In this document: positions 29,543 to 37,514 of the stretch, one piece after another
Position numbering within the stretch: position 1 is the stretch's first letter
Layout of the letters: every line of letters begins with the position of its first letter
Translations under genes and position numbers: made by a program
Notes under the pieces: model-generated
Databases searched by the model: none
The model's input: the letters and a program-made list of their open reading frames with translations, nothing else
Told to the model about the DNA's origin: nothing
Assembly (NCBI GenBank): GCA_963663035.1
Contig: OY760074.1
Location: forward strand, 224,001 to 288,000
Direction of reading: 5' to 3'
DNA length: 64,000 bases
DNA from: Acidobacteriota bacterium
Lineage (GTDB): Bacteria > Acidobacteriota > UBA6911 > RPQK01 > JADFOI01

Positions 29543-30568
29543 TTAACTGGCCAAAATCTCCAACTTGCCCTGATTCTTCATCGATCGGGTAGCGGACTCA
29601 AGGATTTTGACGACGCGTAATCCGCTTTCTCCATCCGTTAAGGGTGTTTCACCCCTATCGATGCACTGGATGAAGTGAGACACCTCCGCTCGCAAGGCTT
29701 CGGTCCTGTCCAACTGAGGGGCCAACATGTCGCCCGATCGATATCCGACAAGCATCTCGTAGATGCTCTTCTGGTCTGCAGCAACATCGATTCCCTTATC
29801 GTACACCTTGACCTTCTCGCTGGGCTCAAGATCGTCGTAAACCACCATATTCTTGCTTCCGCTGATCAGAGTACGACGAATTTTGACCGGTGCAAGCCAA
29901 TTGACGTGAAGATGGGCAATCAAGGAGTTATCGAAGAACAGCGTCAGAAAGGCTATATTCTCGGGCTGGTCCTGGACATGGCTCATCCCGGTTGCAGACA
30001 CCGAGCGCGGCTGGGTGGAAAGGATGTAGTCCATGATCGACAGATCGTGGACGGCCAGATCCCAGATCACGTTGACATCATGCTGAAACAGTCCGAGATT
30101 AATGCGGACCGAATCGTAATAGAAAATATCTCCTAGCTTTCCGTTTTGGACCAACTCTTTGATCTTCTTTACGGCGCCCGTGTAGATAAAAGTGTGGTCA
30201 ACCATCAACACCCGATTCTTCCCGGCGCTTTGTTCGATCAGTTGTTGAGCTTGTTCTGAACTGGAGGCCAGGGGCTTTGTGACCAGGACGTGTTTCCCTT
30301 CCTGAAGCGCCCGATTGGCCAGATCAAAGTGGGTCGAAACGGGTGTGGCGATCACCACTGCATCTACAGTCGTGTCGGTGATGAGCTCGTGAGGGTCCGT
30401 TGTGACTTTGACTCCATGATAAAGCTGTTGTGCTTCAGCCAGCCTCTCCTGATCCAGATCAGAAATAGCCACCACCTGGCTTGCCGGAGTCAGAGCGAAA
30501 TTCCGAACCAGATTCGGTCCCCAATAACCGTAACCGATCACCCCAACCCGAATCATTTGTCTTGCCAA
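29543..30568 (-). CDS. Gfo/Idh/MocA-family oxidoreductase (NDP-sugar dehydrogenase-like)
   Basis: GYGYWGPNLVRNF, IATP, KP, WDLAVHD. Confidence 0.92.
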   Translation of the reverse strand: MARQMIRVGVIGYGYWGPNLVRNFALTPASQVVAISDLDQERLAEAQQLYHGVKVTTDPHELITDTTVDAVVIATPVSTHFDLANRALQEGKHVLVTKPLASSSEQAQQLIEQSAGKNRVLMVDHTFIYTGAVKKIKELVQNGKLGDIFYYDSVRINLGLFQHDVNVIWDLAVHDLSIMDYILSTQPRSVSATGMSHVQDQPENIAFLTLFFDNSLIAHLHVNWLAPVKIRRTLISGSKNMVVYDDLEPSEKVKVYDKGIDVAADQKSIYEMLVGYRSGDMLAPQLDRTEALRAEVSHFIQCIDRGETPLTDGESGLRVVKILESATRSMKNQGKLEILAS

Positions 30569-30697
30569 GCCTCCTGGATAGAATGAGAAATTGGACTCTT
30601 GAGTCTTCAGAAGGGACTGATGAGGGACAGTTTGATAGTCACCAATTCATGGTAACACGGAACTCGCTTCGTTCGACGAGTGAGTCCGGTCACCGAC

Positions 30698-31906
30698 TCA
30701 CTCGGTCTCGACGGCCACTGCCACGGCTTCTCCTCCTCCCAAACAGAGGGAGGCGATGCCCGAGTGCAGTCCCCGATCTTTGAGGGCATGGACGAGGGTT
30801 GTGAGCAAGCGAGCGCCGGTGGCTCCCAGAGGATGGCCCAGCGCAATGGCACCGCCATTGACGTTGACCTTGTTCCAATCCCACCCCATATCGGAAAGCT
30901 CGGAGCCGTTGGCCAGAACCTGGGCAGCAAAGGCTTCGTTCAGCTCGATGAGATCCACATCTGACAGCTTCCAGCCGGTTTTCTCGAGCAGGAGAGGGAT
31001 CGCTTTGGCGGGGGCAGCAAAAATGTATTTTGGGTCCACCGCCGCCTGGGCATAGCCGACGATGCGAGCCAGGACCGTGGCGCCAAGCGCCTCGGCCTGG
31101 GTCTGGCTGGCCAGGACCAGGGCTGCTGCTGCATCGTTGAGGCCAGGGGAGTTGCCCGCGGTGACTTTACCGTCAGGCTTGAAGATGGGTTTGAGCTTCT
31201 TGAGCGCTTTCAGCGAGGTATCCCGACGAGGTGCTTCATCCGTATCAATCACACTCATCTGAGCCTTACGTCCTTTGACGGTGAGCGGGACAATCTCCTG
31301 CTTGAACCTGCCGCCATCGATTGCAGCGACCGCCTTCTCATGACTCGAGAGTGCAAAGCGATCCATGGCCTCGCGAGTGATCCCAAATTCATCGGCTATA
31401 AACTCAGCGGCCTCTCCCATGACCCAGTCCTCAAAGGCGCACCAGAGACCATCGACCACCAGGGCATCTCTCAGCCCGGCGTTTCCGTAGCGCAGCTGAT
31501 CCATGCGGCCATCCAGGATGTGGGGAGCCCGACTCATGCTCTCCACACCCCCCACTACGAACAAGTTCCCGTCCTCTGCTCGGATGGCCTGCGCCGCCAG
31601 CATCACGGCTTTGAGACTCGAGCCGCAAACCTTATTGATGGTGGTGGCACCGACCGTGCTGGGGAGTCCACCGAAAATAGCGGACTGGCGAGCGATGTTC
31701 TGGCCCAGGCCAGCTGAAACGACGTTCCCCATGAGCACTTCATCAATCTTTGCAAGATCTGGCAATGCTGCTCTTTCCACTGCCGCACGAACAACCGAAG
31801 CGCCCAATTCCGCAGCCGGGACCGGAGCCAGGGCCGATCGAAAGCGACCAATCGGTGTGCGCACAGCGCTCAAAATCACCGCACTGTCCAATCTGTTTAA
31901 GCTCAC
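30698..31906 (-). CDS. Acetyl-CoA C-acetyltransferase (thiolase)
   Basis: NKVCGS, GGVESMS, NEAFA, GHPLGATG, CLGGG. Confidence 0.95.
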   Translation of the reverse strand: MSLNRLDSAVILSAVRTPIGRFRSALAPVPAAELGASVVRAAVERAALPDLAKIDEVLMGNVVSAGLGQNIARQSAIFGGLPSTVGATTINKVCGSSLKAVMLAAQAIRAEDGNLFVVGGVESMSRAPHILDGRMDQLRYGNAGLRDALVVDGLWCAFEDWVMGEAAEFIADEFGITREAMDRFALSSHEKAVAAIDGGRFKQEIVPLTVKGRKAQMSVIDTDEAPRRDTSLKALKKLKPIFKPDGKVTAGNSPGLNDAAAALVLASQTQAEALGATVLARIVGYAQAAVDPKYIFAAPAKAIPLLLEKTGWKLSDVDLIELNEAFAAQVLANGSELSDMGWDWNKVNVNGGAIALGHPLGATGARLLTTLVHALKDRGLHSGIASLCLGGGEAVAVAVETE

Positions 31907-31995
31907 TGTTAATGACCTCCTAGATGCCTTCTTTGAGCAATTTCCTTACAAATGAGACAAGCTTTACTTGAAGGCTTCATTCCGGGATTCTGGCA

Positions 31996-32118
31996 GCGGG
32001 TGTTCAGGGAGGTCAAGATCGAGGCCGCACAAGCCCTTCGACCGCAGGCGTTGCCTAAGGCTACGTCGAGGATCGAAGGGCGCGGAGAACGAAGAGCTTG
32101 GCCTTCCTGGACACCCGC
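31996..32118 (+). repeat. 123-bp structured hairpin element in a divergent intergenic region
   Basis: 22-bp terminal stem whose three non-Watson-Crick pairs are all G-U on the + strand. Inner stem gcccttcga/tcgaagggc. Confidence 0.65.
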
Positions 32119-32260
32119 GCTAACCCTGAAACACAAGTCGTACCAATATCTTATCATTCACGAAAGAGCTACTCCCAGAGCTGCCAGGCGAGTGACCGAA
32201 GTTTGGGCAGAAAACGAAGTCATTGTAAGCTGTGGCGAACGAGAGGGAGATTCTTTGAGC

Positions 32261-34435
32261 ATGATTAGGCGGTATCTTGGTTTAGGCGTCATTCTGTTCA
32301 GCTGGTCTGCGTCCTCTGGACTTGCTGCCCAGGACGGTGCGGTGGAAGGCTCCGCAGAAAAAGTCACCACGGCTCAACGGATCGACACCAAGCTTGTCAT
32401 CGATGGCGAACTTGACGAACCCGAATGGGATCTTGTGGAACCTATCAGCGATTTTGTTCAACAGGACCCGAGCCCAGGCGAGGCCATAACCGAGCGAACC
32501 GAGGTTCGAATTCTCTACGATGATGAATTTCTCTACTTCGGTATTTACTGCTTCGATTCAGAAGGTGAGGAAGGGATTCTTGTCACCAATTTGCAAAGAG
32601 ATTTTCGTCCCTTGGACGGCGATGTGTTTAGCCTGCTTCTGGATACTTTCGATGACGATCGCAACGGATTTCTCTTGAGTACCAACCCCTTCGGAGCCAA
32701 ACGCGACACCCAGGTCGGAGAGGACGGAAGGATGAGTAATGGGGATTGGGATGGGATCTGGCATGTCCAAAGCAAGATCACTGAAAGTGGCTGGCAAGCG
32801 GAAATGGCGATCCCCTTTACGACCCTCCGCTTTCGGAATACAGAAGAGCAGGTCTGGGGTCTGAACCTCCAACGACGCATCCGTCGTAAGAATGAGAGTG
32901 CCCACTGGGCTCCTATTCCACGCCAGTACAGAATCAGTCGCATCTCACGAGCCGGAAGACTGGAGGGTCTCAGCGGGATCCGGCCCGGCCGCAATCTGTA
33001 TGTCAAGCCCTATATCAGCATGCCGGTCACGCGTCGGCAGGATGACGACGTCGATTTTCTTCCCGATGCTGGATTGGACCTGAAGTATGGGCTGAGTTCC
33101 GAGTTGACCCTGGATTTGACGGCCAACACAGACTTCTCACAGGTGGAAGCCGATGATCAGCAGATCAACCTGACTCGATTCAGCCTCTTCTTTCCAGAGA
33201 AGCGGGACTTTTTTCTGGAAAATGCCTCAGCCTTCCAGTTTGGCCCGCCAGGTGGTGGGGGTCTCCTGGGTGGTTTTCGGGACTTGATTCCCTTTTTCAG
33301 CCGACGAATTGGACTTTCCCAGGGCAGTCTCGTTCCGATACTGGGAGGAGCCCGCATGACGGGGAAGGTCGGGGACTACACTGTGGGTCTCCTTTCCCTG
33401 CAGGACGATGATTTCGAGGGGACTCCCTCTACCAACTTCTCGGTGATGCGGGTGCGTCGAGATGTTCTCAGCAACTCATCGATGGGAGGAATTTTTGTCA
33501 ACAAACATGAACTGGACGGTGATTCCAATCGCACCTACGGAGCCGATGTCAATTTCAGCTTCTATAGGTTTCTGGATGTCTCCACTTTCCTACTCAAGAC
33601 CGACACTCCCGAATTCCAGGACAAGGATCTGGCCGGCTTTTTCAGGGCCGCCTGGAGAGGCCCGCTGCTGACGGTCCAGGCAGACCATCTCTCCATTCAA
33701 GAAAACTTCAACGCGGAAGTAGGCTTTATTCCCCGTAAAGACATCCGGAAAACAACGGGAACGTTTGGGATACGGCCGAGGCCCCGCGAGCGGATCCCCT
33801 GGATTCGTGAATTCGAACCCTCCATCTCCATGACCTATCTTACCGACCAGGAAAACGTCCTGCAGACGCGAACCATCAACGGTCGCTTCTCAGTCAGGTT
33901 TCAAAATGAGGAACTGATCTGGTTTGCTGCCCAGTCGCGGTTTGAGCTCTTGACTGAAGACTTCGACATCCGGAGCGATCAGATGATTCCCGCAGGAGGC
34001 TATCAGTTCAATGAGTACACACTTTCGCTCCAAAGTAATGCTAGCCGTATGTTCAGTGGGAGCTTCAGAGCGGTCACGGGAGATTTCTGGGACGGTGAGA
34101 AGGACTCCTATCGTTTCAGCTTTCGCTTTCAACCCATGCCCCAATTTCGATCAGAGATCACCTGGAGCCACGACGATGTCAGGCTGCCCTCAGGGGATTT
34201 TGACACCGAGCTGGTCACCACTCGTCTGAACTATAGCTTCAACCCCAGCATGTTTCTCAATGCCCTGATCCAGTACAACAGCGATCGGAAGGAGCTCCGC
34301 AGCAATATTCGTTTCAATTTGATTCACAAGCCACTGAGCGACTTTTTCCTGGTCTACAACGAGCGGAGATCTTCAACGGGAGACGTAGCGGAACGAGCAC
34401 TCATTGCCAAGGTGACCTACGTCATTGGCCTCTAG
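32261..34435 (+). CDS. DUF5916 / CBM9-like outer-membrane protein
   Basis: Signal peptide, IDGELDEPEW, TEVRILYD, NTDFSQVEAD, FFPEKRDFFLE, FFSRRIG, beta-barrel-type C-terminus. Confidence 0.88.
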   Translation: MIRRYLGLGVILFSWSASSGLAAQDGAVEGSAEKVTTAQRIDTKLVIDGELDEPEWDLVEPISDFVQQDPSPGEAITERTEVRILYDDEFLYFGIYCFDSEGEEGILVTNLQRDFRPLDGDVFSLLLDTFDDDRNGFLLSTNPFGAKRDTQVGEDGRMSNGDWDGIWHVQSKITESGWQAEMAIPFTTLRFRNTEEQVWGLNLQRRIRRKNESAHWAPIPRQYRISRISRAGRLEGLSGIRPGRNLYVKPYISMPVTRRQDDDVDFLPDAGLDLKYGLSSELTLDLTANTDFSQVEADDQQINLTRFSLFFPEKRDFFLENASAFQFGPPGGGGLLGGFRDLIPFFSRRIGLSQGSLVPILGGARMTGKVGDYTVGLLSLQDDDFEGTPSTNFSVMRVRRDVLSNSSMGGIFVNKHELDGDSNRTYGADVNFSFYRFLDVSTFLLKTDTPEFQDKDLAGFFRAAWRGPLLTVQADHLSIQENFNAEVGFIPRKDIRKTTGTFGIRPRPRERIPWIREFEPSISMTYLTDQENVLQTRTINGRFSVRFQNEELIWFAAQSRFELLTEDFDIRSDQMIPAGGYQFNEYTLSLQSNASRMFSGSFRAVTGDFWDGEKDSYRFSFRFQPMPQFRSEITWSHDDVRLPSGDFDTELVTTRLNYSFNPSMFLNALIQYNSDRKELRSNIRFNLIHKPLSDFFLVYNERRSSTGDVAERALIAKVTYVIGL

Positions 34436-34581
34436 CCGGGATTATGCATAAATTTTCTACTGCAGTGCCGCAATCATCCACGCTGACTGCGTTGTGCGAC
34501 CCGCAAGCGGGTACCCCTTCGCACGCCTTGTCATCGCGGCGCCTGCGGCACTTCGTCACGAAAACCTATGCATAATCCCGG
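34436..34581. mobile_element. 146-bp non-autonomous MITE with IS1380-like ends
   Basis: Perfect IR ccgggattatgcata / tatgcataatcccgg, CTAG duplicated (34432-34435 includes the stop codon; 34582-34585). Confidence 0.9.
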
Positions 34582-34597
34582 CTAGTCCATCCTGAGC

Positions 34598-34651
34598 TTT
34601 ACAAAAACTTACAAACTCCTGCTACACATCTAAGCCTGGGGTTCGTACTAT
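34598..34651 (+). promoter_or_regulatory. Putative regulated promoter: TTTAC-N5-CTTAC repeat plus -10 TACTAT
   Basis: tttacaaaaacttacaaa...tactat lies 5 nt before the ATG and there is no SD sequence. Confidence 0.5.
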
Positions 34652-34656
34652 ACAAT

Positions 34657-36360
34657 ATGAAAATGAAGTTATCGGTTGGACTTTTGGCTACCTTGATGGG
34701 GCTGTTGTTGTCTCAGTCCGGGCTTGCCCAGCGGCAACCCGATCCTAATGCAATGTTCGAGCGACTGGACCAGAACAGGGATGGGGTCTTGACACAGGAC
34801 GAGCTTCCCGAGCAGCGCCAGGAATTTTTCGATCTGATGCTGCAAAGAGGAGACATCGACCAGGACGGTCGGCTCACCCAGGAAGAATTCACCGCCAGCC
34901 TGAGCGATGCAAGCGGACGTCCCCAGTTCGGCGGCAGGTCTCAACGGGGACGGGGCGGCGGTCAACCTCGCCCCATGAGGAGGCAGGGCAGGGCTCCCGA
35001 AGAGATATTCGAGCAGCTCGACAGCAACGGGGATGGCACAATCACGGCAGACGAAGTGCCCGAGCAGGCGCAGAGGATTCTGCAGATGGACCGCGATGGT
35101 GACGGCGTGATTACCAGGGAGGAGATCTCTCAAGGCCCTCCCGGTGGCCGCTTTGGACAGCCCCCAGGTATGGCTCCCGGTGGCCCGGGAGAACGAGCTG
35201 AAAGGATGTTCGAGGAGTTGGACAGCAATGGCGACGGACGGGTGACCAAGGAAGAAGTACCCGACAGGATGGAGCAGTTCCTGGAGCGCTTTGACCGCGA
35301 TGGGGACGGCATGGTCACCGAGGATGAAGTCTCCGGCCAACCTTTCCAGGGATCAGGACCCGCGGTCGGTCAATCTTTGCCCGACCTCCGAGTCTATGAC
35401 GCCCAGGGCAGGGAATTCCAGTTGAGCAGCCTGAAGGGGAACTATTCGGTTTTGGTTTTCGGCTGCCTCACCTGACCGCCCTTCTTACGAAACGTCTCCA
35501 GTTTGGAGACTATCTACCGCGATTACGCACCTCAAGGTGTCAACTTTTACTATATCTATAAAACTCTTGCTCATCCTGAGCTGGACGGCTACATCGAGCC
35601 GTTTACGCTCGAGGAGCGGCTGATGCACGTTAAGGAAGCCCAGCGGACACTGGGGAGCGAGATCACCTGGATCAGTGATTCCATGTCCAATGATTTGAGG
35701 CACGCCTTGGGTGATTCGCCCAACTCAGAGTTTGTGGTCGATCCGGCGGGCAAGATAGTGCGTTTGCGCGCCTGGAGTCGACCCGACGAGCTGCGTAAAG
35801 ATCTGGAGCAGCTTGTGGGGCCGGTGGAAAATCCCACCAGGGTGTCCGATCTCAACCTGAAAGTCGAGGCTCCCCCAAAGGTGGCGGCCTCGGGCGTGGT
35901 GCCACGAGTGAGGGTTCCCGGCAGGATGTTGACGGTCAGGATCGAGCCGAAGCCGAGTTCACAGCCCTATTACATGAAGCTGCGAGCTGAAGTGGATCAG
36001 CAGTTTCTGCGGGACGGTGAAGGGACTCTGTATGTTGGCTTTCATCCGGATCCCCTCTACCATGTGCACTGGAATAATTTGGTGGATCCGGTGAAGTATC
36101 AAATCACCACACCTGATGGAGTCACCGTGTCGCCGGCAGCGGGTGAAGGTCCCAAGGTGGAGGAAGCATCGGATATCGATCCGCGTGAGTTCTTAATAGA
36201 TATCAAGAAGACCGGGGATTCCCAGGATCCGTTGCAATTGGCCGTGCGTTATTTTGCCTGCAATGACGAGGAAGGCTGGTGTATAGCAGTCTCGCAAGAG
36301 TACGCGATTTATCTGGAGCCGGATCGCGACGCCGGCAGGACCTTCCGTCGAGGACGGTAA
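34657..36360 (+). CDS. Exported EF-hand / deiodinase-like thioredoxin-fold selenoprotein (Sec at TGA 35473-35475) with C-terminal DsbD-alpha-like domain
   Basis: Two ORFs in the same frame separated by a single TGA, reading FGCLT-U-PPFL. Also IYxxxAHP and DSMSN motifs, six DxD/NxDG EF-hands, and YFACNDEEGWC. Confidence 0.85.
35473..35512 (+). promoter_or_regulatory. Putative bacterial SECIS element
   Basis: Stem gtctcca/tggagac (35494-35510) with a G-first loop GUU, 25 nt after the UGA. Confidence 0.7.
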
Positions 36361-36395
36361 GCCTTAGAACTCACTGCGTTCGCAGACGAAGCGAG

Positions 36396-37388
36396 TTATG
36401 GAAGAACTTTGGCTCGGCCAAGCGTGTTTTTATCGGTCCCGAACCAGATTTCTCCAGAGGAGCTGTCAAACATCATATGGCGCACGGCGCCACCACCACT
36501 TGCAATCTTGGTGACGCTGAAAAACTCTCGTGTCGTCGGATCAAAGCCCACGAACTGGTTGGGATCAGGACCGGTTTCAACGAACCAGAGTCGGTCGCTC
36601 GAGTCCACCGCCATTCCGTAGGGTCTGGAATCAGATCCTCCCGGCGAGACCCATTCTTCCGCCTCCCCAGTGGTGGGGTCCAGATGGCCCAGGGAGCCTC
36701 GAGCATAATCGACATACCAGACCTGGTCATCGGAGGTTACCTGTAAACGGCGAGGGCGGGCATCTTCATTGGGCAAGGTGTACTCTCTCAGCTTCATGGT
36801 TTGCGGATCGACGGTGCCGATCTTGTTGGTTCCCACTTCGGCAATCCAGGGCTGGTTTTTGGAATCGATGACGATCCCATAGGGACGGGCACTGGGAGTT
36901 GTGACCCGAATGAGCTGAATCTCACCTGTGGCAGTGGTCCGCTTGCCGATGAAATTCCCTCCCTGGACGGTAAACCAAATGTCGCCGTTGCCATCAAACA
37001 CCATGGTGTGAGGATCCTTGGCCTCAGGATCGGGCATTGGGTATTTGGCAATTTCCCCGGTCTCAGGATCCAGCCTGCCAATGTGGGCGGCTCGGTTTCC
37101 CGAGTACCAAACATCGCCTTCCTTATCCACAATCACATTGTGCGGGCCGGTGCCGGGTGTCAGGTCAAATTTGGTGAATTCCCCGGTGCTGACATCAAAA
37201 TTCGCTACATAGTGTGATCGTTGTCCCACAAACCAGACCCGACCCTGGCTGTCGACGAATGGATCACGGGGCCGGCTGTCTTCCCATGGAACCTCCCACT
37301 CGAGGATCTCTATCTCCTTCGCGCTGAGATCCGCAACTCCTGCAACCCAAACCAAGCTCACCAGAAAAACTGTAGCCAGCTTCTTCAT
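36396..37388 (-). CDS. Secreted Vgb-lyase-like beta-propeller protein
   Basis: Signal peptide, repeated P.....D..G.(V/I)W(F/Y) blades. Confidence 0.85.
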   Translation of the reverse strand: MKKLATVFLVSLVWVAGVADLSAKEIEILEWEVPWEDSRPRDPFVDSQGRVWFVGQRSHYVANFDVSTGEFTKFDLTPGTGPHNVIVDKEGDVWYSGNRAAHIGRLDPETGEIAKYPMPDPEAKDPHTMVFDGNGDIWFTVQGGNFIGKRTTATGEIQLIRVTTPSARPYGIVIDSKNQPWIAEVGTNKIGTVDPQTMKLREYTLPNEDARPRRLQVTSDDQVWYVDYARGSLGHLDPTTGEAEEWVSPGGSDSRPYGMAVDSSDRLWFVETGPDPNQFVGFDPTTREFFSVTKIASGGGAVRHMMFDSSSGEIWFGTDKNTLGRAKVLP

Positions 37389-37514
37389 TTGTCAAACCTC
37401 CCAGGGAAATGATCGACTTCGTACGCTCCTCTTATTGTAGAGAGTTGCGATTGAGAAGGGAAATCTCATTCTCTCTACGAGCGAAGTGAGTCTCAGGGTA
37501 TACTCTGAGGAATT

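Noticed and set aside
31952-32260. Long N-terminal extensions in the ORF track (also 5975..8122, 7972..8826, 13242..14693, 23713..24807, 25002..26057, 60535..62745)
   Set aside because: They overlap neighbouring genes or repeats. Downstream starts match domain boundaries, signal peptides or stop/start overlaps.
35503-36360. Independent gene starting at TTG 35503, with 34657..35475 as a separate EF-hand protein
   Set aside because: The split cuts a thioredoxin fold at its active site, the TTG has no RBS and lies inside the SECIS-like hairpin. Read-through explains it better.
36396-37388. Streptogramin-resistance gene vgb
   Set aside because: Only the propeller fold is supported. The signal peptide and context point to a generic secreted Vgb-like protein.
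37506-37508. Second selenocysteine codon upstream of the flavoprotein
   Set aside because: No Cys-type motif context, no convincing upstream start and no clear SECIS-like hairpin.
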